Source of the DNA: Mycoplasmoides genitalium G37
GTDB lineage: Bacteria > Bacillota_I > Bacilli_A > Mycoplasmatales > Mycoplasmoidaceae
Direction: 5' to 3'
DNA length: 32,000 nucleotides
NCBI RefSeq assembly: GCF_000027325.1
Contig: NC_000908.2
Span: 210,001-242,000, forward strand
The first letter of the stretch is position 1; every line of letters begins with the position of its first letter. The notes beneath the pieces are model-generated. The model made no database searches and was not told the origin of the DNA. It saw nothing but the letters and a program-made list of their open reading frames with translations. Positions 23,038-32,000 of this stretch are shown piece after piece. The position numbers and the translations under genes were made by a program.

Positions 23038-25458
23038 ATGTTGATATCAAAAAAAACACTTGGCGTTTTAATCCCTGACATCTTTAGTTTTTCTAATGAT
23101 CAAATTGCCCAAAAGTTAGAACAAATGGGGATTGAAGTGGAATCAATTAAGCAGTTTAACAGCCCTGATTACCTCCAACTTGCAAAGGTTGTATCAATCC
23201 AACCCCATCCCCATGACAACAAGCTTTTTATCTGTGAATTACAAATTGATAAAAACAAGTTTATTAATGTTGTTTCCAATGCTAATAACATTAACAATCC
23301 TGATAATATCAACAAGTTTGTCATTGTTGCAAAAAAAGGAACTGAGTTACTCAACGGGTTAATTGTTAAAACCCAAAATATTAAAGGGATCATTTCAGAA
23401 GGGATTTTATGTAGCTATATTGACATTAACCCCTTCAGTAGACAGATCATTGAAAAAACAGAAGTTGCTGATGCGATTATCATTGATCATGTTAGCAATG
23501 ATCATGACTGAAACCAATACCTCTCGTTTTTAAGTTTGGATGATGTGATCTTTGATGTTAAAACCCCAACTAACAGAGCAGATCTTCATAGCTTAATCTT
23601 TTTAGCAAAAGAACTTGGGGTACTTTTGAAAACCAAAACCTTTTTAAAACAAAAAAGTAGTGTTGTTAACCATGACTTTTTTAAGTTTCCCCTAAATTTA
23701 AAAAACAAGTTAAAAGCGAATTATTTTGGCGGTTTGTTCTTAAGACAAATTAACCAACATAGTTCACCTTGAACAGTTAAAGGACTGTTAATTAACCAAA
23801 TGATCAAACCAGTTAACTATTATGTTGATAAAGCTAACTTAGTAACAGTGTTCACCGCTCAGCCAATCCATTGTCATGATGCAGATAGAATTGTTGGTAA
23901 CATTGAACTTAAACAAGCAACCCATAATGAAACTTTTGTTGGACTTGATGACAAGCAATATGAGATTGAACCAGGGGATATTGTTGTTTGTGATGAGAAG
24001 GGCATTATTGCACTGGTAGGGATCATTGGTTCAAAGCGCACAATGGTCCAACCTACAACAACTAACATCTTTTTTGAAGTTGTTAACTGTAACAGTGAAA
24101 CCATTAAACAAACTGCCAAGCGCTTTTTGATCAATAACTTTGCCAGTAAGTTTATGGTTAAACCGATTAGCTTATTAGCTACTGATAACTGTTTAAACTA
24201 CTTACAAAACAGTTTACTAACCACTGATAACATTGGCAAAATTAGCCACTTTTCAAGTTCGCTTAAAGTTGAACCATTTAGTAAAAAGCTCACAGTGAAT
24301 TTCCATAAGATACGCCAACTAATTGGCATTGAAAAAAAGGAACTAACTGATCAAACCATTAAAAAAAGCCTCAGTCAACTAGGGTTTAAAGTTGACAACC
24401 AACTTCTCAAAATCCCCAGTTACAGACAAGACATTAATACCTGACAAGACATTAGTGAAGAGATTGTGAAGTTAATTGATATCAATAAGTTAAAACCAAT
24501 TGGGATCACTAGTAGTTTTAACTTTGAAAAGTCCAGTTACTTTAACACTTTTAATGCTTTAACAAAACTAAGAAAAAAGCTACAAACACTTGGTTTTCAC
24601 AACGTTATTACCTACCAGTTAACTGATCAAAAAAGTGCAAAAACTTTTAATTTGTTTAACTTAGAAAATTTCATCACCATTAAAAACCCAGTGTCCCAAA
24701 ACCATTCTGTAATGCGTGTTAGCTTAATTGATTCACTGTTAAAAGTGCTAAAAACCAATAACAACTATAAGAATGAACTGGTGAACATCTTTGAGTTTTC
24801 CTTTATTAAAACCCAAAACAATAGTGAACTGCACCTGGCAGTATTATGAGTTGAAAAACTGTTTACTTCTAGTTTCAATCCTATGCAAGGGATAAGCAAT
24901 GATGTTTTTACTATGAAGGGATTAGCAAAACTCATTGTTGCTAACTTAGGGTTTAGTTGTGACTTTGAACCACTTGATGATAGTGACTATTTTGTTAATA
25001 ATCAAAGTTTAAAAATAGTAGTTTTTAACGAACAGATCGGTTTTATTGGGCTAATTAAAGAATCATTGTTAAATAACTATGATCTGAACAATAAACCCAT
25101 TTATTGTCTTGAAATCAACTTAGATAGGATGCTCTCTTCTCTAAACAGGATTGAAAAAAACTACCTTGGTTACAGTAAACTACAACCTGTTTGCAAGGAT
25201 CTTACCTTTAGTTTTACCAACCCTGCTAGTCACTTTGATCAGTTTGCTAACATGATCAAAAGGATAACTGGCATTGAAAGTTGAAAGTTAATTAGTGTCT
25301 TTGAAACTATGCAAAACAACCAACTGATCACTAAGTACACCGTTCGTTATTTTCTGAAAAATGATGCTAACAAACCACTAACTAACCAAACAATTGAACT
25401 TATCACTAATAACTTAAAACTCCAGTGTGAAAAACTAAAAATTAAATTAGATATTTAG
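23038..25458 (+). CDS. pheT: Phenylalanyl-tRNA synthetase beta subunit
   Basis: ATG 23038; 806 aa in code 4; N-terminal tRNA-binding domain KVVSIQPHPHDNKLFICELQI, C-terminal FDX-ACB-like PVCKDLTFSF; ORFs 23536, 23800, 24466 and 24883 in frame. Confidence 0.95.
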
Positions 25459-25516
25459 AATTACTTATTACTATCAAGATAGTTACCAACTATTTTGTTA
25501 GTAAAACTTAATACAA

Positions 25517-26062
25517 TTGGCACAAAACGCAAAACACCCTTCTAAAAAAGAACAAAAACCACTCGTTAATGAACAGATTGCTTTCAATCAGTTCACTTTA
25601 ATTGATGAAAACAGTACTAATTTAGGGATAGTTAAGATGGAAAACGCTTTAAAGTTAGCACAAGAAAAACAGTTAGATCTAGTTCTAATTGCTCCAAACC
25701 CAACCAAACCGATCGTTAAGTTGTTGGACTTTGGCAGATATACCTATGATTTAAAGCGTAAGAAAAGACAAGCCAAGAAAAACCAAACAATCATCCAAAC
25801 CAAAGAAGTTGTTGTCAAACCAACGATTGCTAAACATGATTTAGAATTTAGAGCAAAACAGAGTAAGAATTGGATAGAAAAAGGTCATCATGTCAAGTTT
25901 ATAGTCCGTGCCTTTGGCAGGGTTAGCACCAGGATAGAGTTAATTGAAAAGGTGTTTGATGACTTTTACCAGTTAGTTAAAGATGTAGTTGAGATCCAAA
26001 AACCTTTAACCGCTTCTTCCAAAACGATGTACGCTGCTCTATTAGTACCTTTAAAAAGATAG
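25517..26062 (+). CDS. infC: Translation initiation factor IF-3 (non-ATG start: TTG, or upstream ATA/TTA)
   Basis: [35 protein letters not shown]...[19 protein letters not shown]; stop TAG 26060-26062. Confidence 0.93.
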   Translation: MAQNAKHPSKKEQKPLVNEQIAFNQFTLIDENSTNLGIVKMENALKLAQEKQLDLVLIAPNPTKPIVKLLDFGRYTYDLKRKKRQAKKNQTIIQTKEVVVKPTIAKHDLEFRAKQSKNWIEKGHHVKFIVRAFGRVSTRIELIEKVFDDFYQLVKDVVEIQKPLTASSKTMYAALLVPLKR

Positions 26063-26064
26063 TT

Positions 26065-26244
26065 ATGAAAACCAAAAGTGCTGCAGTAAAACGCTTTAAA
26101 CTCACCAAATCAGGACAAATTAAGCGCAAACACGCTTATACTTCCCACCTCGCGCCCCACAAATCAACCAAACAAAAGCGCCATTTGCGCAAGCAAGCTA
26201 CTGTGAGCAACAGTGAATTGAAAAGAATTGGTATTTTAATTTAG
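26065..26244 (+). CDS. rpmI: Ribosomal protein L35 (bL35)
   Basis: [59 protein letters not shown]; 59 aa, below the ORF-track length cutoff. Confidence 0.93.
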   Translation: MKTKSAAVKRFKLTKSGQIKRKHAYTSHLAPHKSTKQKRHLRKQATVSNSELKRIGILI

Positions 26245-26246
26245 TT

Positions 26247-26621
26247 ATGCGTGTTAAGGGAACAAATACAACCAGGATTAGAAGAAAAAAATGGTTAAAA
26301 CAAGCTAGTGGTAGCTTTGGGACAAGAAAAGCTTCTTTTAAGGCAGCTAAACAAACTGTTATCCAAGCAAGCAAGTATGCTTACCGTGATAGGAGACAGA
26401 AAAAACGTGAGTTTCGTTCGTTGTGGATCTTAAGGTTAAATGCTGCACTGCGTGCACAAGGGATGACTTATTCAGTGTTTATCAATGAATTGAAAAAAGC
26501 CAAGATAGTCATTAACAGAAAGGTACTTTCTGAACTAGCAATTAAAGAACCTAATAAGTTAAATCTGATTATCAATACCATCAAAAAACCAACTAATAAA
26601 CCAACTGTTGCAAAAACTTAG
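26247..26621 (+). CDS. rplT: Ribosomal protein L20 (bL20)
   Basis: [72 protein letters not shown]. Confidence 0.97.
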
Positions 26622-27300
26622 TAACGTTTTTAAAGTTAAGTTTTGCCACCTGTTTAAACTGTTCAATTTGACTAAAACCGCGTTGTTGGTTAAGAAATAA
26701 CAACGCTTGTTCAATGCCATGACTACTGCCTTTGGGTAAATCATAGTTTACCTTTTGGTTGAGTAATTGCAGCTGATTAATAAAGCTATCTCTTGCTAAG
26801 ATAGATGCAGCTGCAATCACCAGTGACTTAGTTTCACCATTAATTAGAAACTGATCAGGTAATAACACTGTTTTATCAGTGAAATTAGTTAGCTTATTTA
26901 GATAGTTAACAAATAACTCTTGATTGGCAAACTGGTCAATGCTAATTGTTACTGTTTGTCTTAATAACTGATTTTTTTCCAGTAACTTTTGGTAAAGCTG
27001 ACAGTGTAAATTGGTCAAAAGTAAATTGGTATTTTTCAGTGATTTTGTCAAATCATTATACTGCTTGGGATCTAATGTAATTGTATGGTGATCCATTACT
27101 GTTGTTTGGATCGATTTAGCTAACAGTTTGACAGTGTGATCACTGAGTTTTTTTGAATCAGTTACTTGTAAATTTTCAAGATTAATAAGCTGTTTTTTTT
27201 CAATTAAAACAGCACTAACACAAATCCCACCAAAACTATCACCCTTGCCAGATTCATCACTGCCAATTAAATAAAAATCAGCTGGTTTGTAATGTTGCAA
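26593..27300 (-). CDS. rnhC: Ribonuclease HIII
   Basis: [46 protein letters not shown]; 235 aa. Confidence 0.88.
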
Positions 27301-27346
27301 CTATCTAGTTAATTAATAAAATTATACTTACTCTGATTGATTCTTA

Positions 27347-29152
27347 ATGGCTGAACAGAAACGTGATTATTATGAAGTGTTAGGAATAACCCCTGATGCT
27401 GATCAATCAGAGATTAAAAAAGCCTTTCGTAAGCTGGCTAAAAAGTACCATCCTGATCGTAACAACGCGCCTGATGCTGCTAAGATTTTTGCTGAAATTA
27501 ATGAAGCAAATGATGTTTTATCAAACCCCAAAAAAAGAGCTAACTATGATAAGTATGGTTTTGATGGGGTTGATGGTGAACCTGCTTTTAACTTCCAAGC
27601 AGATGTTTTTCAATCCTTTTTTGAAGAGATAGCAAAATCAGGGGTTTTTAACAACCAAACCAATCCTGAACAAAAAGAAAAAAAGAAACGTTACCACTGG
27701 TTCTCCAAAAAACCTAAGCAAGAACAACCTGAAATTAACTTAGATCACGTTGTTGAGCAAACCATTAAAAAGGTGCAACAAAACCAAAACCAAAACAAAG
27801 ACCCAGATGAATTACGTTCTAAGGTCCCTGGAGAGGTTACTGCTAGTGATTGGGAAGCATTGGTTGGTGATACTAGGTATGGGTATTTTGATGAAACAGG
27901 GGATTGGAGTTGAAAGGGTTACTTTGATGAACAGGGCAAATGGGTTTGAAACGAACCAGTTGATTCTGAAACCAGTGAGGTATCAGTTGAACCTGAACCA
28001 ACCCCAGTTGCCCCTGAAGCTAGTTTTGAAGAAGCTCAACCTGAAATTAATGCTGAACCAGAAGCTAGTTTTGAATCAACTCCAACTCCAGAACCAGTTG
28101 CCCCAGAAGCTAGTTTTGAAGAAGCTCAACCTGAACCAACTCCAATTCCTGAACCAATCCCAACCCCAGTTCAAGTTCAACCCCTGTTGTTAGATCTCAA
28201 CCTCTTTACTATCCCAACTAAAGCTACTAAGGATGATCTTTTGTTTGACAACATTAACCTCACTACCTATGAACAAGTTGTTGATTATCTCAACAGTCAA
28301 GCAACCCCTAATTTAGCTAAAACCGATGGTGAATTGCAAACGATTGATGGTACCAACCCATTGTTATTAGAACAGTGCAAAAAGATCAAAAAACAAGCAG
28401 AACAACTCTTTAAAAAACTCTTTTTAAAAAAACAACTCCCCTTCATCACCCAACCTGAAGTTGTTGAGGAAAGTAAAACCAGTTTTGATGAGAACAACGT
28501 TAACCTTGTTTACTTTGAAAAGGTCCCTGAAATCCTTTTCATTAACCAACAACCTAAGGAGGTAAAATACACCCGTCAAGTCTTTGATGGGTTGACAAAC
28601 AAAACAACTAGTGAAACGATTACACTAGAGATCCAACTCCTCCAAACCCCAAAAGAGACTGTTAGTGCCATTTTTAAAGGCTTTGGTAATGACCATGGCA
28701 AGGGCTGTGGGGATTTAAAGATTGTTTTTGAAAAGATTAAAAGCCCCTTTTTTCAAGTCAATGAGGATGGCTTGCACTCTGCTTGCATCATTGACCCTTT
28801 AGTTGCTTACAACGGCGGGATTATCGATGTGTTTGGGCCCTACACTAACTTCCAAGTTAAGGTAGATGGGGAGATAGACATCAATGCCATTATGAAGTTT
28901 GAAAAACTAGGCATTGCTAAAACCAAGCGCAAGGGCGATCTTTTTGTCCATCTCTATTACAGTAGTGTCCCTAAAAAGAAACTCACCACTAACCCCCAAG
29001 TTCAACAGTTCTTAGAACTTTTACAAGCTGAATATGAACTGTTGCAAGACAACATCAAGAGCTTAAAGTACTTTAAAAATAACCTAGTTATCCCCAAAAA
29101 GCCACTTGATCAACAAAGCTATCAATACCTCTCCCAAGAACCCATTAGTTAG
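27347..29152 (+). CDS. DnaJ-domain / EAGR-box terminal organelle protein (MG200-like)
   Basis: N-terminal J domain with HPD ([12 protein letters not shown]); aromatic/Gly-rich EAGR box [34 protein letters not shown]; acidic Pro-rich repeat region; 601 aa in code 4. Confidence 0.92.
28004..28135 (+). repeat. Imperfect direct repeat, 42-nt units with a 90-nt period, in the acidic/Pro-rich region
   Basis: ccagttgcccctgaagctagttttgaagaagctcaacctgaa at 28004-28045 and again at 28094-28135 with one mismatch. Confidence 0.9.
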
Positions 29153-29163
29153 AATTTGTTAAT

Positions 29164-29817
29164 ATGTGTGAAAAATCACAAACAATTAAAGAGCTTTTAA
29201 ACGCCATTAGAACCTTAGTTGTCAAGAACAATAAAGCTAAGGTTAGTATGATTGAAAAGGAACTGTTAGCTTTTGTTAGTGAACTTGACAAAAAGTTCAA
29301 ACAACAACTCAACAACTTCAATGAACTACAACAAAAGATCCCACTACTCCAAAAAGCTAACGAAGAGTTTGCTTTAAAGTTTGAAAGGATGCAACGCGAA
29401 GCACAAAACCAGATCCAAGCCAAACTAGATGAGTTGAATCTTAAAAATAAAAAGGAGTTAGAACAAGCCAAGAAATATGCGATTGCCAAAACCCTTGACC
29501 AACCCTTAAACATCATCGATCAGTTTGAAATCGCGCTTTCATATGCCCAAAAAGACCCTCAAGTAAAAAACTATACCACTGGTTTTACCATGGTACTTGA
29601 TGCTTTTTCAAGGTGATTGGAAGCAAATGGGGTTACCAAGATTAAGATTGAACCAGGGATGGAATTTGATGAAAAGATTATGTCTGCATTGGAACTAGTT
29701 GATTCTAACCTTGCTAAAAACAAGGTAGTAAGAGTCTCAAAATCTGGCTATAAACTCTATGACAAAGTGATCCGCTTTGCATCAGTATTTGTCAGCAAAG
29801 GTAATAAAAAATCATAA
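29164..29817 (+). CDS. grpE: Nucleotide exchange factor GrpE
   Basis: ORFs 29164-29616 and 29617-29817 joined by TGA(Trp); C-terminal IKIEPGMEFDEKIMSALELVDSN...KVVRVSKSGYKLYDKVIRFASVFVSKG. Confidence 0.9.
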
Positions 29818-29826
29818 TAACAACTT

Positions 29827-30195
29827 ATGAGTGAACAAAAAAGAAGAACAATCCAAATTGCGATAAGTGAAGACCACTATGAAGAGTTACAAAAGGCATT
29901 GGAACTACTTAAAGGGACCCAATTACCCTTTTCAACCACTGTTGAACAGTTTGTGGAGTTAATCTTATCTAACTATGTAGCTACTTCCAATAAGATTAGT
30001 AGTTTAGCTAAGAGTGGTTTTGATGTAGCTTCATTGCAGCAAGAACTTGAGAAGATAGGTAACCTTAGTGGGGTTGATGATAACCTCAAGGGTTTTCTCT
30101 CAGAACTGTTGAAAACCTCAAGGAATGGGTTTAGTAACCCCAATAAAGATGGCAAAAAAAATGATGACGATAATAACTCGTCATCAAAATCATAG
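29827..30195 (+). CDS. Small hypothetical protein (122 aa); N-terminus resembles a ribbon-helix-helix domain
   Basis: MSEQKRRTIQIAISEDHYEELQKALELL...TTVEQFVELILSNYV; low-complexity Asp/Asn/Ser/Lys tail. Confidence 0.75.
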   Translation: MSEQKRRTIQIAISEDHYEELQKALELLKGTQLPFSTTVEQFVELILSNYVATSNKISSLAKSGFDVASLQQELEKIGNLSGVDDNLKGFLSELLKTSRNGFSNPNKDGKKNDDDNNSSSKS

Positions 30196-30212
30196 TTATA
30201 TAAAACTTTAAG

Positions 30213-30286
30213 TGGTGCCGAATAACAGAGTCGAACTGTTCTCTGATCCTTACCATGGATCTGTTTTGCCCCTAAACCAATTCGGC
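30213..30286 (-). tRNA. tRNA-Thr (anticodon GGT), CCA encoded
   Basis: Minus strand GCCGAAT TG GTTTAGGGGCAAAAC A GATCC ATGGTAA GGATC AGAG AACAG TTCGACT CTGTT ATTCGGC A CCA; all four stems pair. Confidence 0.93.
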
Positions 30287-30322
30287 AGCAAAGCTAATTT
30301 CAATTTTAAATTCAAACTTTAG

Positions 30323-32000
30323 ATGAAAAGTAACTACAGTGCAACTAACATCAAGATCTTAAAGGGTTTGGATGCAGTTAAAAAGCGTCCGGGGATGTAC
30401 ATTGGTTCTACTGATAGTAAGGGTCTGCACCACATGCTATGGGAAATTCTTGCTAACAGTGTTGATGAAGTTTTAGCTGGTTATGCAACCAATATTACTG
30501 TTACTTTAGATCTCAACAACACCATTACTGTTAGTGATGATGGCAGGGGTATTCCCTATGAGATCCACCAAGACAGTAACATCTCTACGATCGATACAGT
30601 TTTCACCTTTCTCCATGCAGGGGGGAAGTTTGATGATCAGTCATACAAACTAGCAGGGGGATTACATGGGGTTGGTGCATCAGTGGTCAATGCCTTAAGT
30701 GATCATTTAGAAGTAACAGTGAAAAGAAATGGTCAGATCTACCAATCAGTTTATCAAGCTGGGGGTAAGATCATCCAAAAAGCCAAAAAGATTGGTGATA
30801 CAACTAGCCATGGTACCACTGTTAGTTTCCATGCTGACCCTAAGGTCTTTAAAAAGGCTCAATTTGATAGCAACATTATTAAAAGCAGGTTAAAAGAGCT
30901 AAGCTTTCTGTTTGCTAAACTAAAGCTCACTTTTACTGATCAAAAAACTAATAAAACCACTGTTTTTTTTAGTACCTCAGGACTAGTTCAGTTCCTTGAT
31001 GAAATTAATAATACTGTAGAAACACTTGGCCAAAAAACACTGATTAAAGGTGAGAAGGATGGGATTGAAGTGGAAGTGGTTTTCCAGTTTAACCAATCAG
31101 ATCAAGAGACAATCTTATCATTTGCTAACTCGATTAAAACCTTTGAAGGAGGGAGTCATGAAAATGGGTTTTGTCTTGCCATTAGTGATGTGATCAACAG
31201 CTATTGCAGAAAGTACAACTTACTAAAAGAAAAAGATAAAAACTTTCAACTTAGTGAGATCAGACAAGGGTTGAATGCTATTATCAAAGTTAACTTACCT
31301 GAAAAAAACATCGCTTTTGAAGGACAAACTAAGAGTAAGTTGTTTTCAAAGGAAGTGAAAAACGTTGTTTATGAATTGGTCCAACAACACTATTTCCAGT
31401 TTCTGGAAAGAAACAACAATGATGCTAAATTGATCATTGATAAACTACTCAATGCTAGAAAGATTAAAGAGCAAATCAAACAACAACGTGAGTTGAAAAA
31501 AAGTTTATCAAGTCCCCAAAAAGAGAAGATCTTATTTGGGAAGTTAGCACCTTGTCAAACCAAAAAAACCAGTGAAAAAGAGTTGTTTATTGTTGAAGGT
31601 GATAGTGCTGGTGGCACTGCTAAAATGGGCCGTGATAGAATTTTTCAAGCTATCTTACCTTTGCGCGGCAAGGTGTTAAATGTTGAAAAAATTAACAATA
31701 AGAAGGAAGCGATCACTAACGAAGAGATCCTCACTTTAATCTTTTGTATTGGTACAGGGATTTTAACTAACTTCAACATCAAGGACTTAAAGTACGGAAA
31801 GATCATCATTATGACTGATGCAGATAATGATGGCGCACACATCCAAATCCTCTTACTTACCTTCTTTTATAGGTACATGCAACCCTTAATTGAACTGGGC
31901 CATGTCTATCTAGCTCTTCCTCCTTTATATAAACTGGAAACCAAAGATAGAAAAACAGTTAAATACCTCTGGAGTGATTTGGAGTTGGAATCAGTCAAAC
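30323..32000 (+). CDS. parE: DNA topoisomerase IV subunit B (GyrB/ParE family), 3' end beyond window
   Basis: MKSNYSATNIKILKGLDAVKKRPGMYIGSTDSKGLHHMLWEILANSVDEV, DDGRGIP, GGLHGVGASVVNALS, LFIVEGDSAGGTAK; absent from the ORF track, probably because it runs off the window. Confidence 0.93.
   Translation, partial: MKSNYSATNIKILKGLDAVKKRPGMYIGSTDSKGLHHMLWEILANSVDEVLAGYATNITVTLDLNNTITVSDDGRGIPYEIHQDSNISTIDTVFTFLHAGGKFDDQSYKLAGGLHGVGASVVNALSDHLEVTVKRNGQIYQSVYQAGGKIIQKAKKIGDTTSHGTTVSFHADPKVFKKAQFDSNIIKSRLKELSFLFAKLKLTFTDQKTNKTTVFFSTSGLVQFLDEINNTVETLGQKTLIKGEKDGIEVEVVFQFNQSDQETILSFANSIKTFEGGSHENGFCLAISDVINSYCRKYNLLKEKDKNFQLSEIRQGLNAIIKVNLPEKNIAFEGQTKSKLFSKEVKNVVYELVQQHYFQFLERNNNDAKLIIDKLLNARKIKEQIKQQRELKKSLSSPQKEKILFGKLAPCQTKKTSEKELFIVEGDSAGGTAKMGRDRIFQAILPLRGKVLNVEKINNKKEAITNEEILTLIFCIGTGILTNFNIKDLKYGKIIIMTDADNDGAHIQILLLTFFYRYMQPLIELGHVYLALPPLYKLETKDRKTVKYLWSDLELESVK

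Noticed and set aside
27301-27346. CIRCE/HrcA operator upstream of the DnaJ-like gene or grpE
   Set aside because: No TTAGCACTC-N9-GAGTGCTAA-like inverted repeat seen in 27301-27346 or 29153-29163.
27396-28193. Overlapping ORFs 27396-27632 and 27750-28193 as separate proteins
   Set aside because: Alternate-frame ORFs inside the DnaJ-like/EAGR gene; the second is a low-complexity reading of the repeat region.

Overview
The window reads as a Mycoplasma genitalium-type genome segment, corresponding by recalled gene order to roughly MG183-MG203. TGA is read as Trp (genetic code 4), so most long genes are split in the supplied ORF track. Order: pepF 3' end; an orphan adenine-N6 methyltransferase; a large lipoprotein; an MgPa repeat (MgPar-type donor cassette); a gene chain with a SNase-like lipoprotein nuclease, an ABC ATPase with a large coiled-coil-like insertion, two permeases, a 52-aa membrane ORF, DHH phosphodiesterase mgpA, and adhesins mgpB/P140 and mgpC/P110; two tiny basic ORFs; a second MgPar cassette; pheS-pheT; infC-rpmI-rplT; rnhC (minus); a DnaJ-like EAGR-box terminal-organelle protein; grpE; a small RHH-like protein; tRNA-Thr(GGT) (minus); and parE (partial). 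The MgPa recombination/antigenic variation system is already well described. The points I think merit a second look are: (i) G-run/C-run tracts at the edges of the recombining blocks in the expression gene and both donors, resembling G-quadruplex or G:C hairpin elements; (ii) identical B-EF-AT-spacer-KL-G-M mosaic order in both donors, with mgpB region G nested where a ~0.5 kb mgpC segment is missing; (iii) a structured, micro-ORF-containing intergenic region upstream of pheS; (iv) the ~240-aa insertion in the ABC ATPase together with a nuclease/transporter/phosphodiesterase gene chain that suggests nucleic-acid scavenging; (v) unannotated-looking small ORFs. No CRISPR, phage or transposon was found.
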